Shown: piece after piece, positions 11,070-20,859 of the stretch
Layout of the letters: each line of letters opens with the position of its first letter
Position numbering within the stretch: position 1 is the first letter of the stretch
NCBI GenBank assembly: GCA_963845065.1
Contig: CAWJQQ010000006.1
Location: 32,001 to 96,000 of the forward strand
DNA: 64,000 nucleotides
Source of the DNA: Nitrospirota bacterium
GTDB taxonomy: Bacteria; Nitrospirota; UBA9217
Reading direction: 5' to 3'
The notes under the pieces: generated by a model
Database searches by the model: none
The model's input: the letters and a program-made list of their open reading frames with translations, nothing else
What the model was told of the DNA's origin: nothing
Position numbers and translations under genes: made by a program

Positions 11070-12833
11070 TTATATCCTGCTCACGGTCTTTTTTCTCGCC
11101 TTTTTGATTTTTGCGACGTGGCGCGTCTTCAGCCACGTCATGAGGTCTTCATATTCCAGCGCATTCAGCACGTCCTTCTTTTCGACCCATCCCCTTCTCG
11201 CGACCGAGACACCATAGGTCATATAGTCGAACTGGCTTGTAATGTGCATATCTGTACTGATGACGAGCTGAACCTCTAGTTGTTTCGCCATCCTAACATG
11301 CAGATCGTTCAGGTCTAGTCGTAAAGGATAGGCATTAATCTCCATCGCCACGCCATGCCTTGCGGCCTCCTTAAGAACCGCCTCCATGTCAATGGCATAT
11401 GCATCACGCTCGCCGATAAGCCGACCGGTGGGATGGGCGATCACGCTTACCGAGGGGTTTCTGATTGCCGACAAAATCCGCTTCGTAATTTGCTCCCGAG
11501 TTTGTTTAAAGCCCGAGTGGATAGACGCAACTACGATGTCGAGCCCCGCGAGCGCTTCATCGGAGAGATCGAGCCTGCCATCTGAGTGGATATCGATCTC
11601 GGTGCCTCTGAGTATCTTGAACCCGGAAAGCCTTTCGTTTGAGTCGTCGATAAGCTTAATCTCCTCGGCAAGCCGTTTTTCATCAAGCCCGTGAGCCACG
11701 CCGAGCCCCTTCGTATGGTCGGTGATGGCTATGTATTTATAACCCTTCTTCTTTGCCGCCTTTACGATGGTATCAAGATCGTGGCTTCCGTCGGACCAGT
11801 TAGTGTGGACATGAAGGTCGCCCTTGATGTCGCCTAGTGTCAAGAGATCGGGGAGCCTTCCCAGCAAGGCCGCATCGATCTCGCCCGTATCCTCCCTGAG
11901 CTCGGGCGGTACATAGGCAAGCTTCAGCGCCTTATAAATGTCTTCCTCATGCTTACCGCCGATTTTTTTCTCTCCTGGCTCCCTGAACACACCGTATTCA
12001 TTGATCTTGAGTCCGGCACGCCTTGCCATCTCCCGGAGCTTGATGTTGTGTTGCTTGCTGCCCGTAAAATACTGAAGCGCAGCGCCAAAACAATCTTCAT
12101 CAACAACACGGAGATCCACCTGAATCCCGTCATCGGTGATGATCGATGATTTCGTAGCCCCTTGAGCAAGAACGCGGCTTACGTGAGGATTTTTTACAAA
12201 AACTTCCATGACTTTTCCCGGAAATTTCGATGTTGTAAGAATATCAATATCCTTTACGGTCTCTTTCCACCGTCTAATACTGCCAGCGACCTCGATCCTA
12301 TCAACCGGTGCGCTATCCTTCATTCTGCTTATGATATCCTCAGCTAAAGGCATTACCCTGCCGAGGGGTTTTCGCTCCGTCCCTCGCTTAAGAAATTCTA
12401 TTCCCTGAAGAATATTTTCTTCGGTTTTTTTCTGTATGCCCGGCATCCCCTTGAGCTTCCCGGATTTAATTACTTTTTCGAGTTCGCTAACATTCTTTAT
12501 TTTGAGCTTCTCAAACAAAAGCCTGGCCTTTTTTGGCCCCAAACCGGGTACACGAAGGAGATCGAGAACCCCGGCTGGAATCTCCTTTTTTAATTCCTCG
12601 TGCTTTGCAACAAAGCCCTTCTCAAGATATTCATGAATTTTCCCAACCAGATCCTTACCAATACCGGGGATCGCAATGAGTTCCTCGTCCGAAAGCGTAG
12701 ACACATCCTTCGCTAACCCGTCGATGTTCTGCGCTGCCCTTTGGTATGCGCGGATCCGAAAAACATTCTCGCTTTTGAGCTCCAGGAACTCAGCAATTTC
12801 GTTGAATATCTTTGCAATCTGTTGGTTTTTCAT
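11070..12833 (-). CDS. polX: DNA polymerase X / PHP 3'-5' exonuclease
   Basis: FRIRAY, HhH motifs, GSIRR, KDIDIL, QVDLR, FTGSK, PHP HVHTNWSDG/ITDH. Confidence 0.95.
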   Translation of the reverse strand: MKNQQIAKIFNEIAEFLELKSENVFRIRAYQRAAQNIDGLAKDVSTLSDEELIAIPGIGKDLVGKIHEYLEKGFVAKHEELKKEIPAGVLDLLRVPGLGPKKARLLFEKLKIKNVSELEKVIKSGKLKGMPGIQKKTEENILQGIEFLKRGTERKPLGRVMPLAEDIISRMKDSAPVDRIEVAGSIRRWKETVKDIDILTTSKFPGKVMEVFVKNPHVSRVLAQGATKSSIITDDGIQVDLRVVDEDCFGAALQYFTGSKQHNIKLREMARRAGLKINEYGVFREPGEKKIGGKHEEDIYKALKLAYVPPELREDTGEIDAALLGRLPDLLTLGDIKGDLHVHTNWSDGSHDLDTIVKAAKKKGYKYIAITDHTKGLGVAHGLDEKRLAEEIKLIDDSNERLSGFKILRGTEIDIHSDGRLDLSDEALAGLDIVVASIHSGFKQTREQITKRILSAIRNPSVSVIAHPTGRLIGERDAYAIDMEAVLKEAARHGVAMEINAYPLRLDLNDLHVRMAKQLEVQLVISTDMHITSQFDYMTYGVSVARRGWVEKKDVLNALEYEDLMTWLKTRHVAKIKKARKKTVSRI

Positions 12834-13251
12834 GAGAAACTCCACAGCTATATAGAAACCATGAATAGATAATGATCAATAAAGATTATCTGTTATTATT
12901 TTAGCACCGTGGAAATGAAAAAAGGCAGGGAACTCGCCCCGGCTATCCATCTACTTTGCTTCCTATGATTGATACATTCAGCGGCTTCATGCCGTCTTCT
13001 TCACGCTCCGAACGAGCATCACAGGATTGTCCTTACCCGGATACTTTCATGCAATGTTCTGGATCCGCAGAGTTGCAACCGACGTGGTATGTGTTCCTGC
13101 TGTATGGACCAGCTTGATTCGACTACTTACCGTTTCTCTCCCCTTCTCCCGTTTTTTGCTAAAATAAAAACAAAGCTCTATAGGGGCTTTTTTTCTCATC
13201 TAAAGACCAGCATGTAGGGTGCGGCTTATGTCGTAGGAAAGGAGCGGTAAC

Positions 13252-13734
13252 ATGGCTACAAAAACTAATCTGGCTAACAAGTCTGCAGAGAAGCAACTCA
13301 TCTTCAATCGTACGTTCAATGCGCCGCGCGAGCGTGTGTTCAATGCCTAGGTCGATCAAAATCTTATGACCCTGTGGGGGGGCCAAAGGGTTCACGAACC
13401 CCGTATGCGAAATGGATGTAGGGCAGGCGTTGCGATCCGCATCTACATGCGCGGCCCTGACGGCAACATGTATCCGATGAAGGGCGTCTTTCAAGAAATT
13501 ATTCCGCCTCAACGGCTAGTTTTCAGCAGCAGCGCTCTCGAGGATGAAAAGGGTAATGCCTAACTTGAAAATATAAATACCATTTCATTCATCGGGATGG
13601 GGAACGCGTCGAAAATAACACTGCCGGTAGTTGTCGTGAAGTCGGCTCTCGCCGCACAGGGAGCGCTCAAAGGAATGCCAGAAGGTTGGAATCAAAGTCT
13701 TGATCGTATTGAAGAGCTCTTAGAAAAAATTTGA
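13252..13734 (+). pseudogene. SRPBCC/AHSA1-like START-domain pseudogene
   Basis: GGAG RBS, then RTFNAPRERVFNA*, GPKGFTNPVCEMD, MRGPDGNMYPMKGVFQEIIPPQRLVF, GMPEGWNQSLDR across frames with stops and frameshifts. Confidence 0.85.
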
Positions 13735-14160
13735 TCATTGGTGCGCATTCCAAAAGCGGACTAGGAATGGGTCTGCAAGGCTATCATTATAGCTTCTGAA
13801 CCTTACTTGTCATTTCTTGCAGTTTGATTCCCTGCTTTCTCAATCGCAATTTTAATGCAAATGTTGTAACGTCGAATTCCATGATGATATAAACGGAGAT
13901 CGTAATCACCATGCCAGAAGTTCTGATACGGTCATCAACGTTTACAAAAGCACGAAATCAGTACTTATTTAGTGATCACTTCTCCTCTTTCTCTTGTTAT
14001 TTTGAGTCTATATCGCATATTTTTTCTTTCTAAAGTAAGTTATTTGCCCTAAATAATGTGACGACGAAGTGAAGTTAGGTGTCAAAAGAAAAAATGTATG
14101 GTTCCTCAATAACCTGTCCAACTGAAACTGGGAATTTTTGGCTCACATGATTTAACCCAT

Positions 14161-14481
14161 ATGCTTGGCCCTCATCACTATATTGTCATTGCACACTTGT
14201 TTATTGGAGTTAAGGAATCCCTTGCTGCCTTTTCCTGCACGTGCCTTTATACTGATTCGAGCAATTTCCCGACGGTGCAATATGTCGGCCACTGACTCGA
14301 TATCAGCCTTTGAGACGCTAACAATTATCTTCATGAATGCATAATTCCCGAACGGGATTGAATAGCGTGTTCCATGCGCCATGATGCATTGGTTCACCAC
14401 GCATCGCGAATTTTCTTTTGCCTTAGCATAGAAAAGAACTAGGGAATATCGGTGCAGTGCACAATGTTTTCAGCATTATGA
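14161..14481 (+). pseudogene. possible relic of a doubled-CXXCH multiheme cytochrome c
   Basis: one frame with several stops: GH*LDI, IACSMRHDA, N*GISVQCTMF. Confidence 0.35.
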
Positions 14482-14731
14482 ACGGCCTCCAACACTGATC
14501 ACGCCCCTGGATAAGACCACGGGTTTCTGCAGATAGTTCGATAGTATGAACTCAAGTCCTATCCAAAATATACCTAGATGCATTTAGGTGACTATTAATT
14601 TGCAACAAAAAGGGCCGAAGCAGGTAATCGCTCCCGTCCTTTTTCCCACCCGCCTTTGGTTCTGGCGGTGAATATGCTTTTCTCAGTTACGTTATCGATT
14701 CGATCGCGGTGTCTGCCACAACCTGAATTTT

Positions 14732-16465
14732 TTAGAAAAATTTTGTCTGATCGGACATCTTCCAGATGACCTCGAAATTGCAAATAATGATGTCCAACTC
14801 TCCATTGCGATCAGTCACGATCTTTCCTTTGGTATCGAGGGCAATAAGGAGGTCGTTTGGCTTCAGCAGCGATCCGTCATAGCCCGCATCTCGTAGCCTC
14901 GCACAGGTTTTTTCTACAAACCTTCTGCATTGTGATTCGTCTATGATCTTTCTCCGAACCGCCTTAATCAGGTCCATGGGCTTGAGCAATTCATTCTCGT
15001 GCTGCGCAACCCATTCATCGGGGCCGTTGTAGTAGCCGCGGATCGTGATATAGTTGTGTTCTGCCGCCAAAATGGGATTGCCGTAGCTGTCGACGAGCGC
15101 CTTATGAGATTGATATTTCCTGGAATCGACCGATACTTCAACCTTTAAGCTGCCTGTTTCGTAGATAGCACGGACATAAACCGCGTGGATCCCCTGCCGA
15201 TTGAGCGCCTCGGAAATTGCAAATTCTTCGAAAGGGCTGTTGATCCCATAATGTCTGATCTTCTCTATGTCGTTGTTGTTATATTTTTTGTCTGCCGGGA
15301 TCTCGCCCACCCGCGACGTTGCCCAGACAAGATGGATGTTGTCCTTCGTGACTGTGTAATACACCTCATTGGCATCGGAAAGGCTTAAGCACGGCGTCTT
15401 CCGCCAACGTTCGGGAAGGAAATAATCGAATAGGCGCCCGTTCCTCCCAACGACCCACATACGGCCGCCAGTGCTCTCAGCATGGCCAAACGTGTAGGGC
15501 ACTCCGAAGATCTCTGTCCGAGAGAGGTGCGAAGGCAGTGGAGTAGGCTCTAGGCGGTCCCGCACATCGTCAAGATAGGAATGCCGCCTCGACGCCTTAA
15601 CCTGGTCTTCGTGTTCGGGCGTTCGGAAGAGCAGCTCATAATCGATAACCGAGTATTTACCCGCGTTCAAAAGATAGTAGACCATGTCCACCTGCTTCCG
15701 TGCTGCGTCTGCGGGATTGCTCGCGCCAGCCTTCTCGATGAATTCGCAGTCCTCTTCATCCAAGATGACATGCTCAGGCTTCATGTCTGCCATAAGATAC
15801 CCTTTTTTTGTCAGGTCGTCGAGGGCCTTCTTCTGCATTGCCTGCAGATGATAGACCAGGTCCGGCATTTCGATCTTGATATGCTCGAAAATTTCCACAA
15901 GGTTTTTGCCCCGGATCCACTCGTAAATAAACTTGTACTGTTTGAGGATGTCGAGGTCAATTCCGGGATGGCGTGCGCGGATGCGGTTGATCCTGGCCCG
16001 TGACCGTCCGCTCTGCCACAACTGCATGCGCTGCGGAGGTACATAAATCGCCAGTGGTCGCTGCACCTTGATCCACCCGATGCGTTGACCGATCTGCTTA
16101 TCGCCCATCTCCATGACCAGAGCAAACTCTTCCCAGGGGCTGTTGAACTCAGCGCTGACGAACTCCTCGAGTGTGTGGGTATTGATCGGGACGTCTTCTC
16201 CTACTCGGCAATTTTTAACTACGAGGTCAAGGCTTATGCCGTCCACGGGCTTCGTTGGTACGCGATACACGGAACTTGTGCCGAGTAGCCGGACCCTATG
16301 CTGATTGAACCAGCTCTCTTCATACCAGTTGTTGATAACAAGATGTTCCTGGTAGCACTCGGCGAATCGGGTAAGATATAGGTCGCCACCATCTTCCGTT
16401 TTGGAGTGAAAGTACACCACTCCTAACACGTTCACGAGGGCTTTATATTGAGCGGTCCGTCTCAT
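14732..16465 (-). CDS. hypothetical protein with two tandem protein-kinase-like domains
   Basis: 577-aa ORF; LVVK, SPWEEF, ADMKPEHV, VIDYE in the N-half; degenerate repeat in the C-half. Confidence 0.75.
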   Translation of the reverse strand: MRRTAQYKALVNVLGVVYFHSKTEDGGDLYLTRFAECYQEHLVINNWYEESWFNQHRVRLLGTSSVYRVPTKPVDGISLDLVVKNCRVGEDVPINTHTLEEFVSAEFNSPWEEFALVMEMGDKQIGQRIGWIKVQRPLAIYVPPQRMQLWQSGRSRARINRIRARHPGIDLDILKQYKFIYEWIRGKNLVEIFEHIKIEMPDLVYHLQAMQKKALDDLTKKGYLMADMKPEHVILDEEDCEFIEKAGASNPADAARKQVDMVYYLLNAGKYSVIDYELLFRTPEHEDQVKASRRHSYLDDVRDRLEPTPLPSHLSRTEIFGVPYTFGHAESTGGRMWVVGRNGRLFDYFLPERWRKTPCLSLSDANEVYYTVTKDNIHLVWATSRVGEIPADKKYNNNDIEKIRHYGINSPFEEFAISEALNRQGIHAVYVRAIYETGSLKVEVSVDSRKYQSHKALVDSYGNPILAAEHNYITIRGYYNGPDEWVAQHENELLKPMDLIKAVRRKIIDESQCRRFVEKTCARLRDAGYDGSLLKPNDLLIALDTKGKIVTDRNGELDIIICNFEVIWKMSDQTKFF

Positions 16466-16690
16466 GGTCTTTGTATCTGGTCATTCCGCAATCGATATAT
16501 GAAGGAAAAAACCTGTCTTGTCCCCGTCCTTGGCAAGAAGGGGTCATATGAAAGCCACGGCATGCATGTGCTATTTCAGTAATCGGCAACCTTTTATTTC
16601 TGAAATTTGGTTGAAGAGTCGGGCAATTGGTATTAACCACCCCCCGACAGCACGGGCGAAAAAAGGAGTATTATCTTCAGCCTTCTTTAT

Positions 16691-18478
16691 TTACCCAAGC
16701 CGTTTTCTCAAGTCCTCGAGCTGTCTTGTGAGCCTCGCAGGTAACCGTTTCCCAAATAGTGCAAAATGTTTTTCTATGTCGGGAATCTCGGCTTTCCATG
16801 AAGGAAGGTCAACATCCATAAGCGCTTGCACATTCCCGGATGAGATCGTTAGGCCCGCCAGATCGAGGTCTCCGTCCTTCGGCATTAGTCCAATGGGGGT
16901 TTCCTTGGCGTCTATCTTGCCGTCGACGCGGTCGCACATCCACTTAAGCACCCGGCTGTTGTCTCTGAATCCGGGCCATAGGAACCTGCCTTCAGCGCTC
17001 TTCCGGAACCAGTTCACGTAAAATATCCGGGGAGCTTTCACACCTAGGCGGTCCCCCATCTCGAGCCAATGCTGGAAGTAGTCGCCCATGTGATAACCCA
17101 GAAAAGGCTTCATCGCAAAGGGGTCGCGCCTGAGGTTACCAACCGCCCCGATGTTGGCGGAGGTAGTCTCCGAGGCAGCCGTGGCCCCCATGAACACACC
17201 GTGGTCCCAGGAAAAGGCCTCGGTCACAAGGGGGACCACCGTGCTTCTCCTCCCACCAAAGATAAAGATATCGATAGGCACGCCTTCAGGATCATCCCAG
17301 CAATCACAGATGACCGGGCACTGAGATGCCGGAGCAGTAAAGCGAGCGTTCGCGTGAGCGGCGTCTTCACGGCTTTCCGGGAGCCAGTCCCGGCCTTTCC
17401 AGTCTATTACATGGCTTGGCGTTTCCTCGGTCATGCCCTCCCACCAAATGTCGCCGCTATCCGTGAGCGCGCAGTTTGTGAAAATGATGTTCTCTTTGAG
17501 TGAGTCCATGGCCATAGGATTAGTATTGTAGGACGTGCCTGGCGCAACGCCGAAAAAGCCGGTTTCTGGGTTTAAAGCGTGGAGCCTGCCATCGCCCTTG
17601 ATCTTCATCCAGGCAATGTCGTCTCCAATACACTCGCACTTCCACCCTTTGAGGGATGGCTGCATCATAGACAGGTTCGTTTTGCCGCAGGCTGAGGGGA
17701 ACGCAGCCGCAATGTGGTAACGTTTTCCCTCTGGGCTGGTTAAGCGCAGGATCAGCATATGCTCCGCCATCCATCCTTCCCGCCGGGCCATGTTCGAGGC
17801 GATCCTGAGGGCGAGGCATTTTTTCCCCAGGAGGGCGTTACCGCCATAGCCAGATCCATAGGACCAGATCAGGTTCTCCTCGGGGAAATGGCTAATGTAT
17901 TTCTGCTCAATCGGAGCACAGGGCCATGGTCTGTCCTGTTGTCCTTTTTCAAGTGGAACACCGATGGAATGGAGGCAAGGGATAAACTCTCCCTTTTCTC
18001 CAAGCATTGCCAGAACATTCGTGCCGACCCGAGTCATGATATGCATATTACAAACAACATAAGGGCTGTCAGTCAGCTCAACGCCGATCTTCGAAATCGG
18101 CGAGCCAATGGGCCCCATGGAAAACGGGATAACATACATCGTGCGACCCTTCATGCAGCCTTGATACAACCCCCGCATGGTTTTCTTAAGCTCTTCCGGG
18201 TGTACCCAATTGTTCGTCGGGCCTGCCTCCTCCTGCGAGGTCGTGCTGATGTATGTTCGGTCCTCAACACGAGCAACGTCGCTCGGGTCGGTGCGGAAGA
18301 GGAAGCTGTTGGGCCGCTTCTTGAGCGAGATTGCCATGCCGCGGTCCTGCATGAGCGTCATCAGCATGTCGTACTCTGCCTTTGAGCCGTCGCACCAGAA
18401 GATCGAGTCAGGCCGGCATAGTTCTACGACCTCCCGAACCCACTCGCTCAATTTCTCATTCTTCAATCCGTATTTCAT
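16691..18478 (-). CDS. pckG: GTP-dependent PEP carboxykinase
   Basis: [58 protein letters not shown] 18478 after GGAG. Confidence 0.97.
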   Translation of the reverse strand: MKYGLKNEKLSEWVREVVELCRPDSIFWCDGSKAEYDMLMTLMQDRGMAISLKKRPNSFLFRTDPSDVARVEDRTYISTTSQEEAGPTNNWVHPEELKKTMRGLYQGCMKGRTMYVIPFSMGPIGSPISKIGVELTDSPYVVCNMHIMTRVGTNVLAMLGEKGEFIPCLHSIGVPLEKGQQDRPWPCAPIEQKYISHFPEENLIWSYGSGYGGNALLGKKCLALRIASNMARREGWMAEHMLILRLTSPEGKRYHIAAAFPSACGKTNLSMMQPSLKGWKCECIGDDIAWMKIKGDGRLHALNPETGFFGVAPGTSYNTNPMAMDSLKENIIFTNCALTDSGDIWWEGMTEETPSHVIDWKGRDWLPESREDAAHANARFTAPASQCPVICDCWDDPEGVPIDIFIFGGRRSTVVPLVTEAFSWDHGVFMGATAASETTSANIGAVGNLRRDPFAMKPFLGYHMGDYFQHWLEMGDRLGVKAPRIFYVNWFRKSAEGRFLWPGFRDNSRVLKWMCDRVDGKIDAKETPIGLMPKDGDLDLAGLTISSGNVQALMDVDLPSWKAEIPDIEKHFALFGKRLPARLTRQLEDLRKRLG

Positions 18479-18747
18479 AGACAGTCTCCTCGATTCCCAG
18501 CTACCGCTTAACTGACAGTCACCCCCCATACGCTGGATGCTACGTTTGTTGAGAGTTATGGCACGGTATTATGCACAATTGGTTGAAAAAAGTAAAGTGA
18601 TGTTTGTCCTTCGTATGCAGGCTTTCGTCCCTGCTTGGGGCTGAATGGCACGGAGAAGAAATCAGAATATTACTGAATGACAAGACCCGGCAGAGACAAA
18701 ATCGACCTTGGTTTGATTATCTGCATGAGAAGTATCTGGCTACTACT

Positions 18748-20796
18748 TCAGACAACCCTGTTAGCTTCTGTTCGTACTGATGTCTTTTCAATGACAAATA
18801 ATAGCTGGCCTTCGTGCACGGTCTCATTGAGCCTGGCGCAGACCTCGACAATCTGGCCGTCCAGGGGAGCCATGATCGCATTCTCCATCTTCATGGCCTC
18901 AAGGTTCGCAATCTCCTCGCCTTTGTGCACGATATCGCCGGCCTTGATCGGTCCGCGGGCGGGGTTTCCGATACGCCAAAGGTTACCGTTGATCGGTGCG
19001 CCGACATTGTTAGGACCCTTTGCCATCCTGATTTCGGTTTTTTTGGCACGCGGGGTCATGACGGTGTAAACACGCGTCTTATTATTGACCCGCATCACAA
19101 CATGGATGACGCCTTCATGCTCAGCGCCGATCGAGACAAGCTCGATGGAATAGGGCTTGCCCCAGTGCTCAAAATCCACGCGGTCCCCTGGTTTAGTAAG
19201 CCCTTTCCTCCATACATTGGTAGGTAGCGCAAGAGGGGCTTCGCCGAACTTGTTCCGGAATTCCAGGAACTCCAGAGCGTCATTCGGGTGCATGAGATAA
19301 AGGATGAACTCTTCTTCGGTGCTATCCCTCCCAATTGCCTCCTGCAATTCCTTGCGCAGTTTATCCAGATCGTCAACAGGTATGGAGTCGAGCGGGGATA
19401 CATCCTTGCGCTCCTTGATCTTGATCTCCCATTCCTCGCCGAAAGTGCTCTTGTAAACCCATTCCGCGGGCCATCCCACTGGGAGCTTTCCGTAATTGCC
19501 CAGTAGCAGACTTTTGAAATCCCCGGGAGCGGCCCGGAAGAGCAGAAGAAGCTCGTCCTGTTCAGCGGTGCTCATGGCATCAAAGTTCTGCGCTTTTCCA
19601 AAAATGAATTTCGTCAAAAGGTCGATTATTTTCTTTACTCCACGGTCGCCCTGCTCCTTCGCATAGCGGTTCACGATCACACTGCAGGTTACCCAGGTGA
19701 TCTGCGAGCCCGGTGTGACGTCAAAATATTTCACGATTTTGTTATACAAAGACATTACCTTCAGGATTGCGGGCATGAGGTGAAGGAATTCTCCCTTGTG
19801 GGCCTGTTCGAACGAACTTGGGAAGGCTCCTCCCGGCATTCGGTGAAGCGTTACCATGTGGTCGAGCCCTTTAAACGGCGACTCGGCCCACTCGTAATGA
19901 CCGATCCACTCTCGAACTTTTTGGACGGCATTTTCAGCCTGTGGTCTGTTCAATTGTACCGGGATGCCGGACTCCTCAAAGATCGCCTGTACCGAGAGAA
20001 TCGGGGAATGGCCGTAGAATCGGACGAGCGAGTCTTCCTCCACGTCGAAGATCGTGGCGCCGGCCTTTGCTGCTGAGAGGAAGGCGGGCACGGCGAGGCC
20101 ATCCGTAATATGGCGGTGATAGTTGACCACGAGCTGCGGATACTTCTGCTTTATCGCATCGATGAGGTTGCCAATGCGGCCTACATCTCCGACTCCAGCC
20201 ATATCCTTGATGCATAGCACGATCTCGTCGATGCCACAGCAAAGGTCCACTATGTCCTTAACTACGCCTAGGTAGTACTCATTCGTGGCCCAGTCTGCCA
20301 CGGTAAAAGAGATGGTCGGCTCGAAAAGACGCCCCCGCTTCATGACCATTTCTGCCACGGCGCGCATGTTCCTCACATCGTTTAAGAAGGAAAAACACCG
20401 CCAAACATCGATATCAACGTTGGATACGGCATGTTCAATGACATTTTTCGGGTAGGGGCGATAACCCCAGAGATTCGTTTCCCGGATTAGTGTCTGCTGC
20501 AGCACGTTCGGCATAAGTTCTCGGAGGACATTCGCTTCTTCGAAAGGGCTCTCCCGCCGGTTCATGATGCCCACGTGCCAGCGCGCGCCACCGTGCGTCT
20601 CTGCGCTGAAGAGGCCCATCGTGTTATAGAACGGTGCAAGGGTCTTCAAGTCGTATATACGATGACGGTTCTTGAAGTCCGACTGACCCGCGTCGCGCAT
20701 GCCAACCGAAGTGAGACAGACCCCCTTTAGAGAACGGACCGCAGCTACAATCTCTTTCGGCGACATCCCGGGTTTTACGAATACTGAATCAGTCAT
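18748..20796 (-). CDS. carboxyltransferase plus biotin-carrier subunit (pyruvate carboxylase subunit B family, divergent)
   Basis: RDAGQS, IKDMAG, HRH, MPGG, VTPGSQ, C-terminal EAMKMEN biotinyl motif. Confidence 0.85.
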   Translation of the reverse strand: MTDSVFVKPGMSPKEIVAAVRSLKGVCLTSVGMRDAGQSDFKNRHRIYDLKTLAPFYNTMGLFSAETHGGARWHVGIMNRRESPFEEANVLRELMPNVLQQTLIRETNLWGYRPYPKNVIEHAVSNVDIDVWRCFSFLNDVRNMRAVAEMVMKRGRLFEPTISFTVADWATNEYYLGVVKDIVDLCCGIDEIVLCIKDMAGVGDVGRIGNLIDAIKQKYPQLVVNYHRHITDGLAVPAFLSAAKAGATIFDVEEDSLVRFYGHSPILSVQAIFEESGIPVQLNRPQAENAVQKVREWIGHYEWAESPFKGLDHMVTLHRMPGGAFPSSFEQAHKGEFLHLMPAILKVMSLYNKIVKYFDVTPGSQITWVTCSVIVNRYAKEQGDRGVKKIIDLLTKFIFGKAQNFDAMSTAEQDELLLLFRAAPGDFKSLLLGNYGKLPVGWPAEWVYKSTFGEEWEIKIKERKDVSPLDSIPVDDLDKLRKELQEAIGRDSTEEEFILYLMHPNDALEFLEFRNKFGEAPLALPTNVWRKGLTKPGDRVDFEHWGKPYSIELVSIGAEHEGVIHVVMRVNNKTRVYTVMTPRAKKTEIRMAKGPNNVGAPINGNLWRIGNPARGPIKAGDIVHKGEEIANLEAMKMENAIMAPLDGQIVEVCARLNETVHEGQLLFVIEKTSVRTEANRVV

Positions 20797-20859
20797 AAGT
20801 CTCCTCAAGCATTCAGACTGACAAGACGGCTAGTTTGCCAGCTGGCTGCCAATTAACGA

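Noticed and set aside
18558..18577. TGGCAC...ATGCA as a sigma-54 promoter
   Set aside because: GG-GC spacing is 11 not 10, and it points away from pckG
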